NCBI GenBank assembly: GCA_039024555.1
Contig: JBCCQQ010000029.1
Span: forward strand, 1 to 64,000
Source: Cyanobacteria bacterium P01_D01_bin.156
GTDB lineage: Bacteria > Cyanobacteriota > Cyanobacteriia > Phormidesmidales > Phormidesmidaceae
Direction: 5' to 3'
DNA length: 64,000 bases
In this document: one piece after another, positions 26,949-36,900 of the stretch
How the letters are laid out: every line of letters starts with the position of its first letter
How positions within the stretch are numbered: position 1 is the first letter of the stretch
Translations under genes and position numbers: made by a program
The notes under the pieces: model-generated
The model's input: only the letters and a program-made list of their open reading frames with translations
The model's database searches: none
Told to the model about the DNA's origin: nothing

Positions 26949-27875
26949 ATGGCTTCTAACAGCGGTTCTGGCAGTAAAATTGGCAGTAAATTAGCTAGCA
27001 GCGGTCTTCTTGGCAAGGCGGTGGAAGTTGTTGCCGCCGGGGCAGATATTTTGGCTACACAGCTAGCTAATGATCTTGCAAAAGACAAAGACGATAACTA
27101 TGCAGCCTTTGAAAGTGCAGCCCAAGATGCTGTTATGGCTCGTTACAATCAACAATTTGTTGAAGGTAAACGCTTAGTCAAAGCTGCATTAATTCCTCGT
27201 AGTGGAGAATCGGCTCCGATCATTCGGTTTATGTTTAACCCCACCGATTTACAATTTAGCCGTGCGGTGTCTATTGAAACGGTTAAGGGGGCACGGACGT
27301 TTCGGGGGCTACCTAAAGTGAATTTTGGCTTTATTGAACCCTATGAATTAAAGTTGGCGGGTCTGGTATTTGACACATTTGAAACTGGAGAAGATGTCTA
27401 CAAGCTAATCAAACCCCTGCGCGATGCTGTAGACTTTAGCAGCTTTCAAGACCCCTTTAAAGAGAAAACAATTACAGATGAAAACGGTAATACTGTGACT
27501 TACAGTGAGCGTAGTGTCAAAACTAACGTTACCAACGTGCTTGGGCAAAAAGCCCTAAATGCGGTTGCTGACACAGTCGCTAGTTTGGGAAATATGTCTG
27601 CTAGCGTTAATGCTGCTGGCTTTTTTGAATACGGCACTGATCTAGATAAACAAGCCCTCGAATTGCGCCGTCCACCGGTGTTTTATTTTATTTGGGGTGA
27701 GCACAACTATATTCGCTGCATGGTTAAAGATCTCAGCTTTAAGCTGACCATGTTTTTACCCAATGGTCGGCCCGTGCGAGCCATGGTAGACATGACTTTA
27801 CAAGAGGTCGATCTGGGTGTTGCCAGCCATGCCCTCAGTGAGCGTTCAACGATTCTTGAGGTTAAGGCAAAGTAG
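26949..27875 (+). CDS. CIS tube/tube-initiator protein (Afp7-like), no LysM domain
   Basis: FMFNPTDLQFSR, LVFDTFE, RPPVFYFIWG, LTMFLPNGRPVRAMVDMTLQE. Lies immediately before VgrG. Confidence 0.85.
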   Translation: MASNSGSGSKIGSKLASSGLLGKAVEVVAAGADILATQLANDLAKDKDDNYAAFESAAQDAVMARYNQQFVEGKRLVKAALIPRSGESAPIIRFMFNPTDLQFSRAVSIETVKGARTFRGLPKVNFGFIEPYELKLAGLVFDTFETGEDVYKLIKPLRDAVDFSSFQDPFKEKTITDENGNTVTYSERSVKTNVTNVLGQKALNAVADTVASLGNMSASVNAAGFFEYGTDLDKQALELRRPPVFYFIWGEHNYIRCMVKDLSFKLTMFLPNGRPVRAMVDMTLQEVDLGVASHALSERSTILEVKAK

Positions 27876-27930
27876 TTGTTGTCACATGAATCGTTAAGTA
27901 GGTGTTCCTAATTAGCTCTCGGATATTGAG

Positions 27931-27993
27931 GCCCCCTTTTCCCAATCCTGGGGGCTTTGAGTATAGTCTCCCCCAGGATTGGGAAAAGAGGGC
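27931..27993. repeat. Palindromic dispersed repeat (REP-like hairpin)
   Basis: 24-bp arms GCCCCCTTTTCCCAATCCTGGGGG / CCCCCAGGATTGGGAAAAGAGGGC with one mismatch, in the tube-initiator/VgrG spacer. Confidence 0.8.
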
Positions 27994-28060
27994 AAGTTCA
28001 ACCGGTTAACAACTTATTTGCATCTTACAAAAGATTGAGTTCACCTACTTACGTCTAATC

Positions 28061-30028
28061 ATGAGCCAGAGTCTTTACGTTTCTACCCCGGTCATTGAAA
28101 TCGAGGGGGCTGACCCTACATTAATGATGTCGTTTCGACGAGATGTGTTGCAGGTCTGTGTTGAAGAAAGTCTGGATTTGCCCAGTATGTTTACTCTGGT
28201 GATCAACAATCCCTACTTACCTCCTGACGACGATACTAAAACCTGGCAGTATGAATCGCTGATCCAAATGGGGACAGTGGTAAAGTTAGGATTTATTGGA
28301 AGTACTACAGAAACAAAAGATAAGTCACCTTCCCAAGGAATTATCATGGTTGGGGAGATTACCGCTATCGAAACGCATTTTACTCGACAGACCCAGGCCC
28401 CGATCCTCATTCGAGGCTACGATATTTCCCACCGATTACATCGTGGTCGCCACAATCGCTCTTTTCAGAATAAAACAGACAGCGACTTGGTAAAGCAACT
28501 AGCCGCTGAGGTGGGTATTGAAGCAACGGCCCAAACGGTAAAGCCTAGCGGTGACCCCCACGACTATTTGTTTCAAGAAAACCAAACGAATATGGAATTT
28601 TTGCGAGAACGAGCGGCTCGCATCGGGTTTGAGCTATTTGTTCAGGGGGAACAAATACACTTTCGTCCACCGACAGAAGGAGAGGTTCTGGCGCTGCAGT
28701 GGATGAAGGATTTAGAAACCTTTCGGGTACGCGTGGCCAGCGCAGAGCAGGTTAATGCTGTGGAAGTGCGGGGCTGGGATTACCGTCGTCAGGAAAATCA
28801 GGAGATTGTTGCTAGGGTGCCCCATGAGCAAATACAGCAGACTCGATCTCAGTCCTCAAGCCTGGTTTCTCCTAATCGAGTATCAGGTGAGGTGATTACT
28901 GAAACCGTGTTTGGTGAAGGCGATCATACGGCCAAATTTGGTGATAATTCTCCTTCACCGGAGCTGTTAGTTGTCGATCGCCCAGTGTTTAGCAATACCG
29001 AAGCTGAACAGTTAGCGCAGGCACTCTGGCAAGAAGTGGGTGGAGAATTTATTCAGGCGGATGCCTATGCCGCAGGCAACCCCGCTATCCGGGTGGGCAA
29101 AGTGGTGGACTTGACCAATATGGGCCGCTACAGCGGACGCTACTACATCACTGAAGTGCGACACATCTATCAAGATGGCAAGTATGCTACGGAATTTTGT
29201 GTGCGAGGGCTGCGGGGCGGTACCTTGCTAAACCTATTGCAGGGTCAACAGTCTTTGCGCCCTAGTCAAACACTGATGGTGGGCATTGTGACCCACAACC
29301 ACGATCCCGAAGGGCTAGGACGGGTACGGGTACGATTTCCCACCCTGACTCCAGAGCGGGATGGTAGTGCCCATTCTAGTAATTGGGCCAGAATTGTTGC
29401 TGTTGGGGCCGGGGAAGACCGTGGGTTTGATTGGGTTCCTGAAATTAACGATGAAGTGTTACTGGGATTTGAACATGGCGATATCCGCCGCCCTTATGTG
29501 TTGGGTGGTCTCTGGAATGGTAAGAATAAACGCCCTGAAACGGTGGAAGATACCGTGCCTAAAGAGGGGGCCAATCGCGGTAAAGTTCGGTTGCGTACCC
29601 TGACAACCCGTACCGGGCATAGCCTTCAGTTTGTTGAGGAGGACGAAGGTCAAACTAAAGCAGGAGTTACCCTGACCACTAGTCAAGGGCATCAATTAGC
29701 CCTTAACGATAGCGATCGCACCGCTAGTTTGACGACGGCCAATCAGCACACCATTACCCTGGATGACCAGCATCAAAACATTGTGTTAAAGACTGCCAGT
29801 GGTCAAGAAATTCAGCTGAATGATAGCTCGGGAACCATCACCATTAATGCCAATCGGAACATTACTCTCCAGGCGAAGGGTGGAATTACCTTGAGTCCGG
29901 GGATGGGTCAGGTGAGTGTACCCGGTATTGTGCGCTGTCAAGGTCTATTGACCGGCTCGGTGCTGATTCAAGGAGGGGGAGCGGCCCTAGATGTAGCGCA
30001 AGCGTTGGCACCTAAAAGAAGAGATTAA
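28061..30028 (+). CDS. vgrG: VgrG-related spike protein (Afp8-like; gp27/gp5)
   Basis: GYDISHRLHRGRHNRSFQN, QENQTNMEFLRERAARIG, DPEGLGRVRVRFP, PEINDEVLLGFEHGD, and a beta-helix tail. Confidence 0.93.
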   Translation: MSQSLYVSTPVIEIEGADPTLMMSFRRDVLQVCVEESLDLPSMFTLVINNPYLPPDDDTKTWQYESLIQMGTVVKLGFIGSTTETKDKSPSQGIIMVGEITAIETHFTRQTQAPILIRGYDISHRLHRGRHNRSFQNKTDSDLVKQLAAEVGIEATAQTVKPSGDPHDYLFQENQTNMEFLRERAARIGFELFVQGEQIHFRPPTEGEVLALQWMKDLETFRVRVASAEQVNAVEVRGWDYRRQENQEIVARVPHEQIQQTRSQSSSLVSPNRVSGEVITETVFGEGDHTAKFGDNSPSPELLVVDRPVFSNTEAEQLAQALWQEVGGEFIQADAYAAGNPAIRVGKVVDLTNMGRYSGRYYITEVRHIYQDGKYATEFCVRGLRGGTLLNLLQGQQSLRPSQTLMVGIVTHNHDPEGLGRVRVRFPTLTPERDGSAHSSNWARIVAVGAGEDRGFDWVPEINDEVLLGFEHGDIRRPYVLGGLWNGKNKRPETVEDTVPKEGANRGKVRLRTLTTRTGHSLQFVEEDEGQTKAGVTLTTSQGHQLALNDSDRTASLTTANQHTITLDDQHQNIVLKTASGQEIQLNDSSGTITINANRNITLQAKGGITLSPGMGQVSVPGIVRCQGLLTGSVLIQGGGAALDVAQALAPKRRD

Positions 30029-30037
30029 AAACAATTT

Positions 30038-32560
30038 TTAAGGTGCAGGCTTAACCAGTGACGACTGTATTTGTAAAGGGCGCAACGGCACCAGTCCTGT
30101 TTTACTCAAAAGTTGTTGCCCTTCATCTGTGGTCATCATCTGAATAAAGCTGGGGGCAACAGGGGTACGACTGTTGTCAACCTGATGGTGCACGGCAATC
30201 GGGTAGGCCAGTGGGTACGTTTGGTTAGCAAATAGGTCCTGTTGGGGTTTATAGTTACCCTTATCGCCACAGAGATCATCTGCAGGGGTAAGGGGGCTTT
30301 GATCTGGATAGGCTAATGGTTGAATTGCGGTGCTACTGTCGCTAGCAATGGCTAAAGGATACACCGAGCACTGACCGTACACCTGACTGAGGTTGGCAAA
30401 TCCGATGCTACCAATCTGGGGCTGATTTTCAAAGTCTTGTAATACGCTTCGGAGAATGTCTAGGGTGGGTAATGTTTCGCCATTGATTAGGTCCGATGCT
30501 GTAAACCCTTGGGTTACAGTGCCGCTTACTGTAGTAGATTCTAATCCCCACTGTCGTCGAAATGTTGCGATCGCAGCCGGGGTTTGCAGCACCCGTTCTT
30601 CAAATAGTTGAATTAACGCAGGCTGCTCCGGCAAATATAGTTTGACCGGTAGATCCGGGCCTCCCAGTTCTTGCCAATTGAGAATTTCCCCTGTGTAGAG
30701 CTGACGGAGCTGAGTTAGGCTAATTTGTCCTTGCAAATGGTGGGGCAAGCCGCGAGCCCGTTCCACATAGCTAAAGGCCACAAATACAGCCAGACCATCA
30801 TAGGCAATCGGCTCAGCCAGTAGTGACCGCTCAGCGGTGAGGGGAGTAACGGCAAAAGCTGCTTTTCCTTGTTCAACTTGTTCAATCGCTGTTTGGCTGG
30901 ATGCGGTTAGATGTAGCTGCAAGTCCAGAGCCGGTTCAATAGTTTCTACTATCTGTTCTAGACTTTGATCGGCACTCACCAGATTCTGACTAGTCCACAG
31001 TGAATGCCAGCTGTTGGATGCCGTGTAGGTAAATTCACCCGGGGGAATAGCCGGGACCTCTGCCATGCAGCAGAGGGGGAGGACGGCTTTAGAAACAGGT
31101 CGACGGCGCAACCACCACCAGCTGAATAATGAGCCGGTTGCTAGCAGTCCGAGGCCCCCTAGCAGTAGCCAGATTAACCACCTAGGGAACCGATGACTCG
31201 GACTCTCTTCAGCTAAAGATGGGACGGGGATGGCTGTGGAATCAACTGGGGGTGTGGGTAGACGCAGTAGGGATTGTCGGGCCGTTTCTGCACTGTCGAA
31301 GGGAACATCTTCGAGTCCTAACAGCTGTTTAAGATAGGCTTCTAGTGGTGGATCTTGCCCTGGCCACAGATGTGGATTTTGTGGTTTTAGGGCACGACCG
31401 TAGATATCTATCCATTTTCCCCGTAGTAAATAAAAGCCCACAGTGCCTACGGCATTTAGATCATCCATCACCTGAGAGACTTTGGCAGGAGCAGGCGGGG
31501 GCACGAACAAACTTTCCCACAGCCCTAAATCTCGCAAAAATACTAATAGCTGAGGTGTTTCATAATAGGTCGCTGCCTCCGGCTGCATCACCAGGCTATC
31601 CAGGGTGATATTACCGTGAACCAGTCCGGTCTGAATTTGTCCTGTTTGTAGGGCGTACTTTTGTCCGTGGAGAGATTCGAGAGTTTGTAAGATTTGATTG
31701 AGAATTTGTCGCACCTGCTGAGACGTAAAGGCTCCCTGCTGGGTCAGTACCGTGCGTAAGGTGGGGTAAGTATCTATGCCATCGACCGTAATCAGATAGC
31801 ATCGTTCTGACGCTTGGCGGTCGCCAATTATATCCCAGGGTTCAACCAGACGAAAGTCTTGCTCTCTGCCGTCTGCTAGCTTTAACCCTGCAATGGTAGC
31901 AAAGGTTTCATGAATGAGTCGCTGTTCTGTAGGATTAAAGTGTTTTTCTGGGAGCAAATATTCCCGGAGAATAACGGGTTGTCGCCGAGTCAGGTCCTGG
32001 GCCTTGTAAAGTCGTCCCCGACCCCGCTGTCCTAAAAATTCTCCTACACGATAGCGCCCCCGCTGTCCTCGAATCTCAGCGTCGATAGCAAGCAAGCTAG
32101 GAAAGTCGCACTGCTGACAACGGTTAGTGTCTATAGTCTCGGTGGTAGAGGGCTGCACCAGATGTGAACAGGCCAGTGGGTGCTCAGTACAGCGATATCG
32201 AGAATAGGGAGACTGTGGTGTTTCGGGACGTATAATCTGGTCGTCGGTGGATGCTAGGGCTTTCGGAGGAGCATCGATGACGGGTTGCCGGGACTGCCAT
32301 AAACGCTTAATGTCTTCCCGCACAAATGGCAGCACCATAAGCATGGGGGTGGGCAACAATCGCAACAGACGAAAAAGGATGCTGGTGCGAAGCATGCCTA
32401 CTTGCTGTTCAGCACGACTTTTCCCCATTTGTTGTAAAGTCTCTAGGGTATTGGGTCTAGTGGCATCAGCTGATGGGTGCTCCTCTGGGGGCGCTGTCGT
32501 GGTTTTAGTGAGTTGATTACGGGAAATTGACGCCAGTAGGCGCGAAGGCAGACGAGGCAT
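30038..32560 (-). CDS. Membrane Ser/Thr pseudokinase fused to PstS-like periplasmic binding domain
   Basis: Cys cluster CTEHPLAC..CQQC. Kinase fold with LGQRGRGRLY, VILREY, VHGNITLDSL and DLG. TM WLIWLLLGGLGLLATGSLFSWWW. PBP motifs IAYDGLAVFV, NWQELGGPDLPV, YPLAYP, EGQQLL. Confidence 0.82.
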   Translation of the reverse strand: MPRLPSRLLASISRNQLTKTTTAPPEEHPSADATRPNTLETLQQMGKSRAEQQVGMLRTSILFRLLRLLPTPMLMVLPFVREDIKRLWQSRQPVIDAPPKALASTDDQIIRPETPQSPYSRYRCTEHPLACSHLVQPSTTETIDTNRCQQCDFPSLLAIDAEIRGQRGRYRVGEFLGQRGRGRLYKAQDLTRRQPVILREYLLPEKHFNPTEQRLIHETFATIAGLKLADGREQDFRLVEPWDIIGDRQASERCYLITVDGIDTYPTLRTVLTQQGAFTSQQVRQILNQILQTLESLHGQKYALQTGQIQTGLVHGNITLDSLVMQPEAATYYETPQLLVFLRDLGLWESLFVPPPAPAKVSQVMDDLNAVGTVGFYLLRGKWIDIYGRALKPQNPHLWPGQDPPLEAYLKQLLGLEDVPFDSAETARQSLLRLPTPPVDSTAIPVPSLAEESPSHRFPRWLIWLLLGGLGLLATGSLFSWWWLRRRPVSKAVLPLCCMAEVPAIPPGEFTYTASNSWHSLWTSQNLVSADQSLEQIVETIEPALDLQLHLTASSQTAIEQVEQGKAAFAVTPLTAERSLLAEPIAYDGLAVFVAFSYVERARGLPHHLQGQISLTQLRQLYTGEILNWQELGGPDLPVKLYLPEQPALIQLFEERVLQTPAAIATFRRQWGLESTTVSGTVTQGFTASDLINGETLPTLDILRSVLQDFENQPQIGSIGFANLSQVYGQCSVYPLAIASDSSTAIQPLAYPDQSPLTPADDLCGDKGNYKPQQDLFANQTYPLAYPIAVHHQVDNSRTPVAPSFIQMMTTDEGQQLLSKTGLVPLRPLQIQSSLVKPAP

Positions 32561-32621
32561 CAGCTCTCTCCTGGCAGGGATAAAACAAGTATCGAGATGT
32601 TAGAAAAACGAGCCGAGCGGC

Positions 32622-33911
32622 TTAGGGCCGTTCATGGTTGTTATCTTCCAGATCAGCAACGGCCGCTTCTGGACTTTTACCGTCTTCTAGAATGCTGATA
32701 ATTCCTGGCAGATAAAGATCTAAGGTATGCACATTGAGATAAACTAAATTCTTAACTAGAGCATGGGTGAGGCGGTCTCCTTCTGCATCCAAACTGGTTT
32801 TATAACGAATTTCTCCAGTTTTATAGTTAAGTTCAAAATTACCAATAATCAGACCACTGTTGGCCCGCATTAAAAATTCAGCAATTGGACCATAGTTTTC
32901 GGCTGGGATTATTAGGGGACAAATCGAGTAAAAGACGACCTGCTCAGCGTCATTGTCACACTGGGCTAAACAGGTCCAACGGCCAGCATCTCCTTGAAAG
33001 GCCAGTTGGAGAATCTGGGAGTCGGGTAGCTGCACATAGGCCCAGTCGTCCATATCAAAAAACTGTTTGACGACGTCGGAAATGATGGGTGCCTTTGAGG
33101 AGTTGGCCGCAACGTCTGCGATCGCAGTTTCCCAGTCCACTTGTTCTAAGGCTGCCACCAGCTGATCGGATAGGTGCGACAGGCTGCTTTGTAATTGAGG
33201 TAATTCAGCGTCGATTTCTGTTTGAACAGCGGTTTTGGCTTTGTTTAATAAGGTGCTCAACTGTTCTAGGGCGTCACTGCCAGAGTTGATCAGGGGTTCG
33301 GTAATCTGGGGCGTTGTATACGCCCATAGAGTAGTATAGCCAACAGTCTCTTCCCCCTGCTGCTGTCGTACCGAGCGACAGTACCAATTTTCCATGTAGC
33401 ACCAGGGTGAAATGCTGTCTGTGGCATCAGGATTGGCAGCTGTCGTTGCCGATACTAAAGCCTGCAGTAGCTGTTCGGTTGGTTCGGTAGTTGCCGGTGA
33501 GTCTAAAACTGCTAGGAGCTGGGTTAATACCGGCTTAACAGGGGCTTCTGAATTAGCGGATTCTAGGACCGCTGATGACAACAGTTGGCTATCTAATCCA
33601 AGTTCTAAACTAATGGCGGTATCCGCTTGCAACGTTAGCGACTGCAGTGGCCCCCGAACTTCTGGTCGCAGGTGAAACAGTCCCTGTTCTAGAATTTGTT
33701 CGTACTGTTCTAGGGAAACTGTAACTGTCAGGTAACAGTCGGTAATTTTTTGCTGACTGTCTTTCACACTGGTCAGCTGCACTGCCGTGACCATGAATTT
33801 GCTGACTGGCTCTGCTGTTGTACTCCACAGACGTAATGGACAGTTGAGAGGCAGCGTGTGAACGCTATCAGCAGTTAGGGGGGACTGGGTCACGGTGGCA
33901 GTTGGCATCAT
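32622..33911 (-). CDS. YbjN-domain protein with long N-terminal extension
   Basis: C-terminal FQGDAGRW...VVFYSICP...EFLMRANSGLIIGNFEL...GEIRYKTSLD is the YbjN (T3SS-chaperone-like) signature. Confidence 0.8.
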   Translation of the reverse strand: MMPTATVTQSPLTADSVHTLPLNCPLRLWSTTAEPVSKFMVTAVQLTSVKDSQQKITDCYLTVTVSLEQYEQILEQGLFHLRPEVRGPLQSLTLQADTAISLELGLDSQLLSSAVLESANSEAPVKPVLTQLLAVLDSPATTEPTEQLLQALVSATTAANPDATDSISPWCYMENWYCRSVRQQQGEETVGYTTLWAYTTPQITEPLINSGSDALEQLSTLLNKAKTAVQTEIDAELPQLQSSLSHLSDQLVAALEQVDWETAIADVAANSSKAPIISDVVKQFFDMDDWAYVQLPDSQILQLAFQGDAGRWTCLAQCDNDAEQVVFYSICPLIIPAENYGPIAEFLMRANSGLIIGNFELNYKTGEIRYKTSLDAEGDRLTHALVKNLVYLNVHTLDLYLPGIISILEDGKSPEAAVADLEDNNHERP

Positions 33912-33925
33912 ACATATCCCATAGA

Positions 33926-36900
33926 TTATTGCTTTTGGGCTTGAGGTGTGGCTCGAATAATGACATCAATGGTTTCTGGATTCAGACGACGCACTTTCGA
34001 ACTAACTTTCATTTTGCGGTCTTGAGCTTGGTCTATTTTGTCAACAGACTTAGCCGTTTTGTCAGTAGACGAAGGTGTGACTTTATCCGGTGTAGGCGTA
34101 TCCGCAACAGGTTCTTTGGTGGGAGTGGCCGTATCGGTTTTGTGATCAGTGGTTGGATCAGCTGCCTTGACTGAAGTCTTCGGTGGGGGAGCATCGGCTG
34201 CTGTTATTGGCTTCGCTGTGTCGGTCTGGGTAGATTTGCTAGCCGTGGGGTTGTTGACGTTATCGGTAACCTTGGCGGCTCCTTTACGGGCTGCACCCCC
34301 TAAACGCTTTAGAAAACTAGCGATTTTGCTGGCGCGTATAAACTTGGCCCGACCGTTAATCTTGACAATGTATTGAAATGAGTCTCCTACCTCTGCATAG
34401 GTTACGAGCTTTACAAGCTGCATTTCAAACATGACCCGTACTTTGTCCAGCTTGCGAGCAACGGTATCCGGATCGGGATCTTGGTTGACGATATCTTGAA
34501 TGACTTTAACAATATCGTTTACCAAGCTAGGGGGGAGAGCCTCTTCTGGAGTTTCTTCCTCCTCAGACATTTGGGTGTCTTCTTCTGGAGGGGCTTCCTC
34601 TTCTTCTTCTTGTTTTTCTTCGATTCTGACGTTCACGGTGAGCTTAGAATCTTTATCGGTAATCCGCGATCGCACCGTCACATCTTCTTCTTTTTTGCCA
34701 CCTCCCGATAGCAGTCCACTGGCCGCTGCTCCAGCCGCTGCCCCAGCTGCTACTGCAGTCAAATTTCCTGCTTCAGGCGTGCTTTCTCCGGTGTTTTCTG
34801 CATCCCGCTGGATCCACAAACCCAGCCCCGATCTATCAGCGACTCGCTGTACCGGTGGAGGTGTTGCCTCTGGACGGGAGACACGCTGCCCCACGGCTGG
34901 CTGGTCGCCCGATTGCTGAATCACATGGGTGAGTTCGTGGGCCAGCAAGTGTTGACCACTATCAGTCTCTGGAGCATAGGTGCCCCGTCGGAAAAAGATA
35001 TCCCGCCCGGTGGTAAATGCCTTGGCCTGTATGGCACGGCTAAGGCGATCTCCTTCGTTCCCAGTGTGTATACGTACAGGGCTGAAGTCCGTGGCAAACG
35101 CATCTTCTAACGGTGCCCTAACGGCTGAGGAAAGGGTCTGGCCCCGTCCCTCAGACCGCTGAATATCGGTTTCGAGGGTGGGTTGGATAATGTGTTGTGG
35201 CTGGGCAGGAGCGGCGGCAACTTTTTGGGCCGATTTATTGTTCTTTTTATCGACTTCTCCGCTAATTTTGTACCGACTGCCGTCGCGCTTAGTCTTGGTA
35301 ACGGTGAGGGCCTTCAGCTTGTACTGTTTTTTCAGTTGTTTGGCATATTTTTTAATCTTTTTGAAGTCGGCATTGCGTTTGATTCTACCTTTGAGTTTAT
35401 CGCGAACCTTTTTGAGAACCTTATCCTTTTCGACCAGTTTTGCTTCTACCGTAAAGTCACCTTTCTTTTTAGTGGCCTTAAGTTTTTTCTTTTTGACGGC
35501 AACGTCATTATTCTCATCTTTCCAATCACCCTGATTGGATTTACGCTGGGCCACACCCACCTGATGTCCTGAACGCTGTTGCTGTACATGGGTGAGCTCG
35601 TGGGCCAGTAAATGTTTTCCCTGGGGAGTATCGGGCTGGTAATGCCCCTGCCGGAAAAAGATATCTTGATTGACGGTGAATGCCTGGGCATTCATGGCTC
35701 GGCTCAAGCGGTCACCTTCCGCATCGTGGTGGATGCGTACACCCGAGAAATCAGCCGTGCCGAAGGCATCTTCCATGGAGGACTGCACCGGGTCAGATAG
35801 CTGATTTCCCTGCCCTGATAAGCGTTGGACATGCTCTTCTACGGAAGCTGAATCATGGGGGACTGCGGTTACCCCAGGCAAAGGTTTTCTGCGGGCCTTG
35901 GTTCCTTTACCCTTTTTATCCGGTTTGGCAGTGGCTTTGCCAATAACCTGGTATTTCTTGTTGCCTTTTTTCTTTAATGTTAAAGAATCCAGATCGCGTT
36001 TTTTCTTGATACTCGACAACTTGCCTTTGACCTTATCTGGATCCCGTTTGTCATCTGCCAGGTTGCGGACATCTGTAACAGCAGCCTTTAACTGCTTCTT
36101 TAGATTACTTTTAGGGTTGTTTTTTTTATCCTTGTCTTTATCCTTTTTCTTCTTAGGATCCTTGTCATCATCGTCATCGTCTTTTTTCTTCTTTTTAGGA
36201 TCCTGCTTATCATCGTCCTTTTTCTTTTTAGGATCCTTGTCATCATCGTCATCCTTCTTTTTCTTAGGATCTTGGCTATCATCATCGTCATCATCATTAT
36301 TTTTCTTCTTATTGGAGTCTTGGTTGCTCTTGTTAGAATCTTTTTCTGCTGTGGACTTATCTTGGGAGTTAGTTTTACCTTTATTGGTATCGTTTGCCTG
36401 GCCAGTTGGTTTGGACGATTGCTGGTTAGTGGAATCCTTATTCGCAGGCTGACTTGAGTTCTTAGATGAAGCAGGAGTACTGCTATTTTTTTGCTCCGGT
36501 GGCTTGTCATTGGCCTTATTTTGCTCGGATGACTTGTCATCATCATCGTCTTTATTCTTCTTCTTATTGCGTTTTTTCCCAGATTTACTAGCTGCCTTAT
36601 CGGCTAATCCCGATACTCCACCTTCAATGGCCCCCACTGGATCAAGCAGCATACCCAGTTTCTCAAAGATTCCGCCTAATCCTTTATCAACAGGGGTGCG
36701 TAATTTCTCAACAACGTTACCAATTTTATTTGGAATGCCTCCCAGCCCCAGGAGGCTAGCAAAGAAACCAAGGGCGAGGGGGATGATTTTTGCCAGGGCT
36801 AATTCAACCGCCTGGGCTACCGGTTGCCAAGTTTTGGAAACAACAGCTGAGAAAACCGCCCCAATGGATTTTAGAACCTCGAAAATCATGTCTTTGTTGT

